Assembly: GCF_006345805.1 (NCBI RefSeq)
Contig: NC_042997.1
Span: 27,280,001-27,344,000, forward strand
DNA length: 64,000 bases
From: Octopus sinensis
Taxonomy: Eukaryota
Reading direction: 5' to 3'
This document shows positions 40,092 through 52,335 of this stretch, in pieces (the first letter of the stretch is position 1; the number at the start of each line of letters is the position of its first letter). The translations under genes were made by a program, and so were the position numbers. The notes beneath the pieces were generated by a model. That model saw only the letters and a list, made by a program, of their open reading frames with translations. It was not told where the DNA came from and ran no database searches.

Positions 40092-41745
40092 GGAGAAAAG
40101 CCCCCACAGACAAAAGCCCCACGGACAAAAACCCCATAGTTAAAGTTGTGAAAGTGGACAAAAGCTCACGGTTATAGTTTTCGATTATTTTTTCGTTTTT
40201 TTCACCTTTTACTTGTTTCAGTCATTAGACTGCGGCCATGCTGGGTCACCGCCTTGAAGAATTTTTAGTTGAACGTATCGACCCCAGAATTATTTTTATC
40301 CTTTTTCCTTGTTAGAGTTATTAGACTACGGTCATGCTGGGACACCACCTGGAAGAATTTTTAGTGGAATGTATGACGCTAGAATTTCTATATTTTTACC
40401 TGTGTCAGTTACTAAACTGCGACCATGCTGGGGGATTACTTTGAAGAAATTTTAGTCGAATGGAACGACCCCAGAATTTTTATAAATTATTTTCAACCAG
40501 CGCATGAAGTTAAGCAAATAAGATATCTCCACATGCTAGAAATAACAGCCAAATCTCTTGAATTTTTTTATGACCCCACCTGTTTTTCTTTTATTTTCTA
40601 AAAATCTTTTTACTTGTTTCGGTCATTGGACTGCGGCCATGCTGGTGCACCATTTTAGAATGTATATTTAAAGTCATTTGTTTTCTTCTCTCAGCACTTA
40701 CAGGTTAATGAGAATAAGTTGACCTTTTGAACTTTCTCGTTGAAGATCTAGCAGAAGGCTAGTCATTCAAACGTACTTCTCATATTTTGCCTAAATAGGG
40801 AGATGGGTTTTTCTCCATAAATATGACAAATTCTGTTGTTTTCTGAAGAAAAAAAAAACATGTCAGAGACATGTGTAATATTTACTTTCATTTTATGTGT
40901 GTATATATAATCATTCAAATGTACTTATCATTTTTATGTTTCTACACATTTCTTGAGGCAAACGCTTTCCCTTTTGTTAGAATTCAGACATGTACATTGA
41001 GTAGTAAAGAGTCTTGTGTTCTGTTATTCTATTATTGATGTTAAGATTGATTTATTTTCGTTTTCAAATTCTAAAAGTTTTCTAAAAACGAGGAAAATAT
41101 TTGAAACACGCGGAACGTACCATTGTGAGGAACATAGATGTTTTGACATCGTTTTTCGATTGAATATATTTTGTTTACTTAAATTTGGAATTTTGGAAAT
41201 TATTTTTTTTTTACAACCGCAATTTCCGTTTCTATTCACGTGAAATTATAAAACAAAAAATTTGTAAGATTTGGCTGTTATTTCTAGCATGTAGAGAGAC
41301 CTTCTAGGCTTAATTTTATGTGCTGGTTGAAAATCACATAAAAAAGATTCTGGGGTCGATACATACGACAAAATTTTCCTGAAGGTGGTGTCCCAGCATG
41401 GCTGCAGTTTGATGATTGCAACAAGTAAAAAGAAAACCAAAAATGAATTAAATCACAGAAGTGGTTTTGATCAAGCTTAAACAAAATTGTGGGTTCCATA
41501 CAGCCATCTAAAAATTCTTCTAGGTGGTGCCCCAGCATGGCCGGCCGCAGTCTTATAACTGCAACAAGTAAAAAAAATTCTTAACTAAAAATTCCAAAAA
41601 CGAAAAACTTACCGAAAAATATAACCGTGGGGCATTTGTCCTATGGGTCTTTTGTCCTATGGGTCTTTTGTCCTATGGGTCTTTTGTCCTAGGGCTCTTT
41701 TGTCCTGCGGGGCTTTTGGCCAAGGGGGCTTTTGTTTGGGCCCCT
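40092..41745. mobile_element. ~1.65-kb foldback element with ~480-bp inverted arms and subterminal 15-bp tandem arrays
   Basis: GGACAAAAG(A/C)CCCA(T/C) units at 40092-40170 and inverted at 41625-41745; inverted matches continue through SINE-tail pieces and GCTAGAAATAACAGCCAAATCT (~40535 vs ~41265). Confidence 0.75.
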
Positions 41746-42112
41746 GAAGTACTTTACTACGTCGTTTATTGCTTTTCTGTGCAGTGATGAGTGAGAGTAT
41801 GGTAATTTTCCCCTTCTATTCATACTGCATTTGTTTTCCACTAGATTCTGATCGTAGGCTCGGTAGAGGTGCACTATATGTAACTTGTTTCTATTTGTTA
41901 TCATGCACACATACATACATACATACATACATACATACATACATACATACATACAGACAGACAGACATACAAACATACATACAGACAGACATATATACAT
42001 ACAGACATACAGACGTACGTACGTACGTACATACATACATGTACGTACGTACGCACGTACATACATATATACGTACGTACATACATACATACATACATAC
42101 ATACATACAAAC

Positions 42113-43335
42113 AAACTGTTTGTTGCATGGGATGGAGTACACGTAGTATTTGGACATATTCTCTTTTATTTGAGGTTTTACTCGAAGGAGATATTTGCGA
42201 AGTGTTTATACACTTGAATACTCTCCTGATGTCATATGGGCCGCATATCTTTTGTATCTTTTTGGAGAGGCCTTTCACATAGGGTAGACTGTGGATAGTT
42301 TTTTTTTATATCGAAAAGAGGGGGGTTTAGCTATTATCACCAGTAATTGCCAATATGTACATGGAATACTTTGAGAATTTGGCTTAAGGATCAACACCAC
42401 TAAAACCAACACTCTGGCTACGATATGTTGATGATACCAGGAAGATGTCCAAGTGCTGTGAGATCATATGAACTCAATAAAGCCATCCATACAGTTCACA
42501 ATGGAAAAGGAAAAAGACAATCATCTGGCATTCCTGGGCGTATTAACAACACGCACCAAATTTGGATTCAGGACATCCGTATATCGCAAGCAGACCTTTA
42601 CCGGACGATACTTCATCTTCAATTCCCACCATCCATACAGTGTAAAGAGGGGGATTGCTCAGTGCCTAAAACTTCGTGCAAAGAATATAAGTAGCAATCG
42701 TGATACACACCACGAAGAAATGATTAAGTTCAATAAAGATCTGTTAAACAATAACTACCCCAAAAGTATACTATCCACTCCAATTATATGCGGCCCATAT
42801 GACATCAGGACAATATTTAAGAGTAATACAATACTTCGCAAATATCTCCTTCGAGTAAAACCACCAATAGAAGAGAATATGACGAAAGACAGCTTGTACT
42901 CCATTGCATGCAGCTAGTGTAGGTTATACAAAGGCAAAACATTCTGCCCCCTCAAAATAAGAGTAGACGAACATCACAAAGCTGTGACACGAGGAGATAT
43001 TGATAAATCGGGTATAGCTGACCATGTATGGAAAAATGGAGACCACCTCCCCCTGTGAGTTGAAGTTAAAATAATAGACAGTGAACACCACTGGAAAATA
43101 CGAAAACTAAAAGAAGCAGCTCATATGCTAGGACAGAACAACCTTCTAAGCAGACCGAGTGCAGATATGAGCGGCATATGGGAACCGGTATTAAGGAAGG
43201 ACAAGAGAATATTAGATCTATAAGCCTTAAAATTCACCCAAGACACCTGAATAAAGCTGGAGAGTATATAAGCCGAAACGTTGTGTTAACAACAAACAAG
43301 ATGAGGACAAATATCCGTCGAATGTAAATAATGTA
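42113..43335 (+). mobile_element. 5'-truncated PLE (Penelope/Poseidon-like), RT C-terminus + GIY-YIG, with an inverted internal duplication at its 5' side
   Basis: SPVIANMYMEYFE, WLRYVDDT, IQFTMEKE, VYRKQTFTGRY, HHPYSVKRG, LYKG...RVDEH, IADHVW; 42113-42290 minus strand reads LPYVKGLSKKIQKICGPYDIR. Confidence 0.85.
43242..43287 (+). ncRNA. Degenerate minimal hammerhead at the PLE 3' end
   Basis: GACAC-CTGAATA-AAGCTG...AAGCC-GAAAC-GTT-GTGTT: stem I and palindromic ACGT stem III intact; core G8 and stem II mutated. Confidence 0.5.
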
Positions 43336-45629
43336 AATAATGTCTTATATGGTTGTTGTGAAAGTGTTAGAGATATTGCATTCAGGTGCTAAGTTTAAAC
43401 TATTAATTTTGGAGCTGAGTCCTTTGTGTTTGCTATAGGTTGGAGTTGTAAGTTTAGTTTTCTGTGTATGGGGTTATGTTTTTCTTTTGTGAATATGTGG
43501 ACACGTTGTTAAGTCACATGAATTAAATAAATTTAAGAAGTTTGCGCACGAAAACTGAAACTCATATGGCGCATGTGAGATTTGTAATTGTTTTATGTGC
43601 TAACGGTAAAGCTGTATGGGATCACGGAAATATTTTAAATATATATTTTTGGTAGTTACATGACCTTTTTGGTCTTTCTGTCTACTACTAATCTGCCATT
43701 AGACTCATCGCTAGTACTAATTGAGAGCGTATCCAGAATGATCACAGAATATTCTGTGACCTTTGAAACTTTTTTTATATAACCTAAACCTTTACCAGTG
43801 ACAACAGCCTTTGTGTGAAATCCTATTTTCTCCTATTTAAGCTAGCAGGGAGCGTATAAGCGGTTTCTTAATTTGCTACAAATAGTTGTCAAATACAATT
43901 CAAATATAATCATCTATCTTATAGATGAAAAGAAACTTTCTCGGTACACGTAGACGTATATCGTATCACATTGAATCTGCCACTTCCTGCTCTCGCCTTC
44001 TTTGTACTGCTTCTAGGCTTGATACTGCTTTCATCTTTACTGTTAGGGTTCCTATTATAGGTATTATTGTCTAGACGCAGATCAGCCTCAACTGTGATGA
44101 CTTATAATCAAAAGTTATAGTCTATCTCTTTTCTTAGGTGTTGTGTTTTGAACGCAGCTTTATTCAAAATTCCTTTATTTATGGAAGGAGATTGGCAGCT
44201 TTTTTCAAGAAACTCTGAAACCTCGCAGTTCTCTAATAAATTCGATTATTGCTAGTATGGTGTTTATCCCCAGATATACAATCAATAACGTTACAGCTAT
44301 GATCATATCTAGGACAAAATTATCCCCCGTATTCTTGATGTAATAAGTTAGTATGGTATGGGTAAGTCATATTGATTTCCCTTTTACAATAAGTCAGCTT
44401 ACAATTTACCATTACTTTCTTCAGTTCGCGCTGTAATTGCTGAGAACATAGATCGCTACTTATTTTGAATGGTTAACAAAGCTAAGGTAGGGTACCATAT
44501 AAACCTAAGAGGACAACCTTTCAAGCAGAAAAAGAAAGCAATTTCGCTCGTCAGATCAAGATATTCAAAGATCTTCCCTAGGGCACAGCCAGGAGGGCAC
44601 GAGCAATGTTCTACAGCTGTCTTCGAGGCTGTAGTGGAAGCAACTAGAGGATAAAGAAATTTTAAACAATCCATTTGAAAAGTTTCTCTATATTGTTGTA
44701 GTGGAATATATCTTGCTAACTATGGCCATATGTCATAAATTCATGGTCAACCGAAAGAATGGTCTCGACTATAATTTACTATTTTACTTCACAAGAAATG
44801 TGTTTGTAAAATTTAGACGACTTCAAAAATATATAAATATATGTTTGCGCAAGATAAAGCATTCCTGCTTTACGTTATGTAATTTACTTTTACCTGATAA
44901 AATATGTACAGCAAAATATTCATACTTTGCAATGTAAGAAGAGGCTGCTGCTGTGATGTCCCACTGCAGATTGTATATTGTATGTATTCAACGAGTTAAG
45001 ATTAAAAATGTGCTTAGTTAATATGGTTGAATAACGAAATTGTTTGTACCTAAACGCATGTGTATGTAAGCTGAAACGGCACTTAAAGTAATTAGTAGTG
45101 AAACCTATATAATACCACCAATAATGTTTTCGATTTCGATCCCTAGTTAAAATTGTTTAAAGCGTTTGCTCTGTACTTTCAATACATTTTCAACAGCTTA
45201 AATCATAATCAATTGTATATAGTTCTTTTTTTAAAGTATGTTCACTTCTTAGCGTTGAGATAAAAATTAATAGAGAACGATCTTGGGAGGTTGGTCTAAG
45301 GCAACAAGGAATATAGCTTTCACTGTCTATGTTTCTTAAGTCCGCACTTTGTTTTTACCACGTCTATGGACTTACATTTAATCCAGAATAAAACCTCCTG
45401 AAAAGTATATTATTTCAAAAAAATAATATAATTTATAGTTCTGTAGTATCTTCAGCTATTTTTTAATTTCCAAATAACAATGAAATTTCTACGCATCCTT
45501 CTAATGATAATGATTATTTCATCTCCGAAAATATTAATATCGATTCGAATAATAAAACTGTAATGAAAAAAATGCGTAAGTTCTATTATGTTTATAAATA
45601 AACTATATGGTGTCCTTGTTTCTTTTCAG

Positions 45630-46166
45630 ACTTGCTCTTATACGAAGGCTATTTTGTTTGCCTACTTCATATCTTTGATATACGCAAAACCAACTGCAGA
45701 CCCATGTAAAGTTCCAGGTGATTTAATGATTCAGTATAAACGACTCACTCACGCACCAAATCAGACTCTGTTTTTCTCTCGTACCCCTAAATTTCCAATG
45801 GGATCAAAGAAAATCAATTTAATTGTTCCCAACAACGAAACTAAAGTTCTCAGCAAGATTTCCACTTGTCCTTGGACTATCGTTGATGTAAATGATTCAA
45901 CCGTTTATCCTTCTCTTAGATCTGAAGCTGTATGTAGATTCAAAAAGTGCAACGGATCTTCTCCCACACATCAGTGTGTTCAAGTTTTTACCAAAACACC
46001 AGTCCTAAAACGAACAAACCAGTGTGTAGATGGACTATACGTCTTTAAACCGACAGAAATTGATGTACCAACTGCCTGCGTATGCGCTTCGGTCATATCT
46101 TTGACAGCTGATTATAAGAATGATAATTCTAAGGATAATGATGATAGTGGTGATTACGTGAACTAA
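45630..46166 (+). CDS. IL17: Interleukin-17 family cytokine, main coding exon (open frame from 45588)
   Basis: Hydrophobic signal-like stretch (AILFAYFISLIYA), then STCPW, SEAVC..C..C, PVLKR, PTACVC cystine-knot pattern; polypyrimidine acceptor TTGTTTCTTTTCAG at 45616-45629; AATAAA at ~46358 and ~46594. Confidence 0.88.
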   Translation, partial: TCSYTKAILFAYFISLIYAKPTADPCKVPGDLMIQYKRLTHAPNQTLFFSRTPKFPMGSKKINLIVPNNETKVLSKISTCPWTIVDVNDSTVYPSLRSEAVCRFKKCNGSSPTHQCVQVFTKTPVLKRTNQCVDGLYVFKPTEIDVPTACVCASVISLTADYKNDNSKDNDDSGDYVN

Positions 46167-47966
46167 GAAGTTTTTCATTTATAGTAAACTTCATATTTTT
46201 TTCAATCTTATTCGAATTTTGTTTTAAAGTAGTGAAGGTGGGTTGACAGAATCGGATGAGTGACGGAGAAAATGCATTGCTGAGTAAATTGCGTACCTTT
46301 CTTCACCTAATTTAAATCACACCGAACGTATATTTGCCTTCATTCATTCTGGATTCAATAAAATAAATAACAGTTAAGTACTCGAGTTTTAGGCTTATGC
46401 CTACTGAAAAAAAAAAGGGGGAAGAAAAATCCAAACTTCGATTTGCAAGAAATATTCAATTATATTTTCGATATTATACTTTGATGTAATTTATATTTGA
46501 AGCAATAATTTATATGTATATTTTTGATATTAAAAATGTGTTTATTGCAGAATAATTTTCTTTTGTCCTTTTAATGTCTTTTACTCTATGCCAATAAATA
46601 GCAGCCTCTAATAATTAGCCACATTTATTTTCTTGAATGATACGTATGTTTAACCTGTTCAAAGAGGATTCCACAGATAAGTACCTGACTAGAAATCCTT
46701 TGTCAACTTCGAGAAATTTAGTAAATTAAAGGCTATCCTAAGATAAATCTTTTGTTTATGATAGGATAAAGTTTTTTGCCTATAGTCACCACTTGCTTCA
46801 CAAAGCTTGCATCGGTAGCCTGCTATCGACTCACGTTGCCGTATCCTCTATTAACGGAACCATTTCTCTTTATCTCTGTTTGAAATTCAGTGTGATCCGT
46901 GATTTAGTTTTGTCCTCCACAATCTACCTTTTACGCAATAATTATCTACTTGCCGTCACGACTAACAGCACCTACGCTTACGCATATAACACTGCACTTC
47001 ATTCTTCTCTAACTTTAGCTAACCATCCATCTTCCATGCGTGAACTAGATGCTCCTCGCAAAATATGAACCAATTTTCTGAACAGAAACCTAAAATGCAT
47101 ACTCCAGATGGGATTTGTGAACCCACCTCTTACAAAATCAAGAAAACGCAAACGCTACTGATATAGAAAGAAAAGTCGTTCATCACATAGAATAAGAAGG
47201 CTTGGTACAGTTTTGGACACATCCGATTTGGTACAGCTGACAGAACATGCTAGCTATTTTTGCGATTGTCCTCTTGGCGCTGGGGACAAGCACGCACTTA
47301 TGCATGTATGCACCCGCAAAGAAATGTACTATGAAGAGCGAGAGAGCGGGGATGATAAGATATGAGGAGTAAGAGAGCGGGGTATGATAAGAAAGGCATT
47401 ACAATTTATTAACCACTCTCCCTTTCCTCATACATATAAAGAGAAATATAGTTACTCACGCGAACAGTGGGGGAGAGAGGGAGAGGATGGGCAGAACAAA
47501 AACGAGATAAGTATTATAACGTCTGATGCCAAATAAGTCAGCGTCGAACCAGCGACGCCCAATAAACGATGCTAAAACGGTTGTACTAAAACGTCTAATT
47601 TCTTGCATCACACCATTCTTACATATGAGCAACTAGCAACAAGAAAACCTACAATCCTTCTAAATATCAGAACGTAATATAGTCCAGCTACTGTTTTCAA
47701 GCGAAAGCACATCTTTAACATTAATTAAGACCGAATCACAATGGCTAAGCTTTTTCTTCAGAACAATTAGTTTCCAACAATTATTGTCGCTTTCTACCTA
47801 TCCCAGAAGTCATGAAGTACTAGAAAAATTTTCCTAAGAAGTACCGTCGGCATCTAAGAAGTGATCGTACTCAGATACGTGCTGGCGAACACCATTGCAT
47901 AAATATGCACATATTTATACACATCTAATTACAAATCCGTACACATGGAAGCAACACAGTTATATA

Positions 47967-48844
47967 CTTGGAGGTACATAAAAGAAACCGGAAATTTTAC
48001 AATATTATCTTATTCACTTAGTTTTACATATTTACACTTTCATCACCTTCAAAGTATTCGTCATTTGCAGTAACGTGTCCGGACGCATTTTCCACTATTC
48101 GAAGCAGTGCCGTAACTCTTTTATTGCCTCTGTCAAATTTTTTCTTCACCTTTTCTACATCTGCAAATTCCGCAGCACCAGCTTTCGTCGCCAGTGATGA
48201 CCTTCGAAAAGAAGTCTGGATGAACTTCCAACTGTTCTTTCAGTTCACGACGCGCATTCAGTCGTGGTCGCTTTTGATCTTCCGTGGCCAAGCGAGACAC
48301 AAGTTGTGCTGTAACTCATTTCATTCGCAATTCCACGCTCAAAATTTTTTTGAGAGAGCTCCAGGACACATTAGTCATATCAACAAGTGTGTCAATTCTT
48401 CAGCGACGGTCCCCCAAGATCAGTTCATGGATTTTCGTGATGTTTTCAATCGTTCGGGAGAACTATGGTCGACTTGAACGAGGTTGGTCCTCAAAAGATG
48501 AGTGCTATTCTTAAAGCATGGAAACCAGTCGTAAGCTAGTGTTTTGCTCATGTTAGAGTCCGTGTGAGCTGTTTGAGGTATGACAACTATTTCGGTCACC
48601 GTTTATTCCATTGGAAAACAGAATTTCGCGGAAGCATGCTGTTCCTTCGTTTCAGCCATCGCAGAAATCGATGAACAAGGGAGAAGCACTGCAAAACAAA
48701 GACGCACCACGTGGCACTAGGGCTCTAGCCAACGGCACCAATTGGCAGACTGGTTGCATTAAGTGGCTTCTAGCGGCGGAAGCCTGAGCTACAATGGGTT
48801 TGCCTTACTGAGAACGTTTCCGGTTACTTTAGGGTACCTCTTCG
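47967..48844 (-). mobile_element. Internally deleted mariner-type transposon with both TIRs
   Basis: ~28-bp imperfect TIRs (C..GGAGGTAC..AAAG.AACCGGAAA) flanked by TA; remnants MAETKEQHASAKFCF, KVITGDESW joined directly to the C-terminus. Confidence 0.85.
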
Positions 48845-48883
48845 TATTTAGAAAAATATTCTGCTAGAGGCCAGCATGCGTCA

Positions 48884-49549
48884 TATAAACTAGTGTATAT
48901 TTCTATACACAAAAGTGGTGACCCTAACAGGACACCTTACATGCTGAAAAGTGCAGTTAAAACCTAAAGCACGGATACGAGTAATATCAAAGGGAATGAA
49001 AAATAAAAACATTTATATAGTTACCGCATGTACTCGAGTTATGACATCAATGAACAAAGAAAATAATTCACCATACATGTCTCATTAGCATGGGCGCTAT
49101 AATGAATGTATATTTGTGGAACACTGATGACATACATGTTCCATCTATATACATTATAATTTTTCAAATCCACCGCGCAAGCGCAGCTGCATTCGGCAGA
49201 AAATAAAGTTACGTACTAACGTTCTTCAAAATTACGAAAAATTTTATTATAGAAATATTTAGGGTAGAAAATTTAGAGAAATATTCTACCACAACATATT
49301 TTTCATATAAGTTGGTGTACGAAGAACGTTGGTACGCAATTTTTATTTTTTAAATTATTTTATGAATTTTAATTTTTATTTTTAAAATTATTAATGAACA
49401 AATAAAATAATTAAAATTATTTTATTTGTTCATTGATGTCATAACACGAGTACATGTAGTAACTATTGAAATGTTTTTTTAAATTTTTTATTCCCTTTGA
49501 AATTACTCTTATCATTTCTTTTGTGTATAGAAATGTACACTAATTTATA
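48884..49549. mobile_element. MITE-like element, ~135-bp inverted arms (left arm with ~55-bp insertion)
   Basis: TATAAA.TAGTGTA.ATTTCTATACACAAAAG and CATGTACTCG.GTTATGACATCAATGAACAAA matched in inverted orientation; inner inverted CGTACTAACGTTCTTC/GAAGAACGTTGGTACG. Confidence 0.75.
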
Positions 49550-49604
49550 CGTATCTGTATATGTATATATATATAACCACTAACCACTAGGCCATTGCGC
49601 CTCC

Positions 49605-49641
<37 letters not shown>

Positions 49642-49652
49642 ATATATATTAT

Positions 49653-49690
<38 letters not shown>

Positions 49691-49895
49691 CCGTCCGAAG
49701 TCAGGACGCCATGATAGATCGTTAGCTCCTACACGCATCTTTTTCTCTTCTTGTTTTTTTCTGTGTATCTCTCTGTCGAAGAGCGTAGGCTCGAAACGTA
49801 AAAGACTTTTTCTATTCCTGAGCGCTATACTAATACATTTGTTTGTTTGTACTGCACCTGCCTTCGTCTTTTGTTTATTTTCGTAAACTTTCCCT
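49691..49895 (+). repeat. Short repeat with hammerhead-like motif (copy 1; PLE-terminus-like)
   Basis: CTGTCGA-A-GAGC-GTAG-GCTC-GAAAC-GTA at 49773-49800; same element at 56890; embedded in (TA)n. Confidence 0.6.
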
Positions 49896-49896
49896 T

Positions 49897-49932
<36 letters not shown>

Positions 49933-49974
49933 ATATATACATATATATATACATGCAAATACATATATACGACG

Positions 49975-50124
49975 GACTTCTTTCAGTTTCCGTCTACCAA
50001 TTCCACTCACAAGGCTTTGGTCGGCCTGTGGGTATAGTAGAAGACACTTGTACAAGGTGCCACGCAATGGGACTGAACCCAGAACCATGTGGTTCGTAAG
50101 CAAGCTACTTACCACACAGCCACT

Positions 50125-50127
<3 letters not shown>
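49975..50127 (-). mobile_element. SINE group A 5' fragment
   Basis: Reverse complement of AGGAGTGGCTGTGTGGTAAG...GACGGAAACTGAAAG. Confidence 0.85.
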
Positions 50128-50177
<50 letters not shown>

Positions 50178-50179
50178 GA

Positions 50180-50237
<58 letters not shown>

Positions 50238-50261
50238 TACAAGCATACATGCATATATATA

Positions 50262-52030
50262 CTAGTAAATGACCCTGCTCCGTCCATTGGACGGTGTAAG
50301 TTCGTGATAGGACTGGAGTCTTAAGTAGTATAATTTCGCTGCTGCCTATGCTTAAAATAGAGGATTATTTGACGTAGTCGAGACGGCAAATAGAAAATGA
50401 GCTGGTATTCAAAAAGGGACATATTATATATTTGCAAATACCTGGCATTAAAATGTGAAAATATGGAACATTATTGTTCGGAATGCCGTTTGAGTTGATG
50501 GTTGAAGAAACGGTGCAAAAAGCATAAATGGCATTTCTATGGACACGATGGCAATCTGTCAGAAACATGTTTCATTGCAATATGAAATTACCTGAGGCAT
50601 CTGGGAAGCCGTGCATTGAAATGAAAAAAAATGCTTGACTTTAACAATGGGCATTTGTTGGAAGATTAGCATAACCTATTGTGATGTGTAAATAAGCGCA
50701 ATAAGGCCAACCTGAAGAAGCTTTCAACTCAACGGAAAAACTATTGGAGTGCTGCTTTGTAAACCAGGTTTTTTTTTGTCAATCTTTCGGGAGCGTAGAA
50801 GAAGAGATTGGCCGAAATTGCAACTCTGGAACACCCAACGTACAGCTGTCCGTGTGAAAAGCATGATGTATTGTCGTCCAGCCCAACTACTTTTAGTGAC
50901 TGTCCCTGGGTTTTGTTAATGGCCATAGCAAAGCTTAATCGAATGGGGAATTGAACTCTTTTCATCGGAAAGACAGTCAGGCGGAGTAAGTGGATCTCGG
51001 GGAATAAAAATAGACTCGCCAGTGCCTTTACCTGTGAAAATTGTGGCTTCGAGAACGTTATCCAACATTTACTTAACAGCCAAATGTGTGCCATTGCAAA
51101 GCCGAGTAGGGTTCAAATTTCTCAAGAATATAATAGGACAACCAAGCTTAAGGCTAGGTATATATGGTGGCAATCCCGATGGATCTTGTGAGTTAAAAAC
51201 TTTATTGAGAAAAATGTTACTTGTGTTGGCTCAGTAAATAAATCAACCGAAGTATAGCATCGCTCTTGGGTAGGAAGTTGACGAAGCAGAAATGTATTTA
51301 GGGCTGGGACGGTGGCATTTGCTGGAGCTCAGATGTTTCTTTGAAACATCCATTCATGACTGACATATTTGGTAGAGAGGTTGGGATAAACTGTTGTGCA
51401 TAGCTTCTCAGTGTTGAAGACGTAGTTACCGATGGTACATATGTCAGCCAAACTGGTTACGTCGAGTGGTAAGCTCCTATTACCGACATCCAATGACTTT
51501 GAAGCAAAGGAATTGTCACCGTCCTGTTGGTAGAGAATGGAGCGCATATTTATGCTTAACATTCTCTACTAGACAGAACGGCAAAAAAAAAGGGAATTTT
51601 TAAGGCAAGCGTTGAATTCATTAGCTGGTGTGCCTTTTGGGATAATAGTAAGGGTTTGACGAATGTCCCCAGCAGGAAGAATAACGACGCCACCGAACAG
51701 TTTAGAGTTGGAGCGCGGGTCTTGTAGCGTTGTGCCGATTGCATTAAGTGCATTCTTGTGGGACATTGTTGCCTCGTCCCAGACAATCAATTTGAATTTC
51801 AGGATTCTTGTTTATATTGGTGGTAGGATTTTCAACATGGCTGATGTTAAGGGGAAGCGTAAAGGTTGAATGAACTATTCTGCCGTCTAGCAGTGTTGAT
51901 GTTATTCTTGAAGACGCCATTGTATGGCAATCCGTCAACGTTGGCGAATTTTGGCAAGAAGATGGTTGAAGAGAAATGTTTTCCCTATGCAACCTGGCGC
52001 ATCAGGTAAGAGGGTGCCTCCGGTGGTTTC
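50262..52030 (-). mobile_element. Helitron 3' portion: decayed Pif1-like helicase plus canonical 3' terminus
   Basis: [56 protein letters not shown]; hairpin CCGTCC-AAT-GGACGG (50280-50294) followed by CTAG|T at 50265-50261 on minus strand. Confidence 0.9.
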
Positions 52031-52106
52031 TTCAAGCATTGACAAAATAAAATTATAGACAGTAGCTTGTTTAGGATTCAAAAGTTTGTCTCCCTTAATA
52101 AGTGCC

Positions 52107-52335
52107 TATTTCTTTACTACCCACAAGGGGCTAAACACAGAGAGGACAAACAAGGACAGACAAACGGATTAAGTCGATTATATCGACCCCAGTGCGTAAC
52201 TGGTACGTATTTAATCGACCCCGAAAGGATGAAAGGTAAAGTCGACCTCGGCGGAATTTGAACTCAGAACATAGCGGCAGACGAAATACGGCTACTCATT
52301 TCGCCCGGCGTGCTAACGATTCTGCCAGCTCGCCG
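52107..52335 (-). mobile_element. SINE group C, full length
   Basis: TSD CCCTTAATA(A/G)GTGCC at 52092-52106 and 52336-52350. Confidence 0.92.

Noticed and set aside
41625-41745. Short regularly spaced repeats as CRISPR-like
   Set aside because: Eukaryotic context; contiguous 15-bp tandem units without unique spacers; part of a foldback arm
44478-44500. Minus-strand CTGACGA-GC-GAAA hammerhead-like core
   Set aside because: No stem II, no UH triplet and no stem I
45563-45581. ATG AAA AAA ATG C|GTAAGT as IL-17 exon 1
   Set aside because: Phase-1 donor with a 54-nt intron puts the downstream exon out of frame
46177-46627. Five ATTTA pentamers in the IL-17 3' region as AU-rich elements
   Set aside because: They are dispersed, non-overlapping and close to chance expectation in DNA this AT-rich
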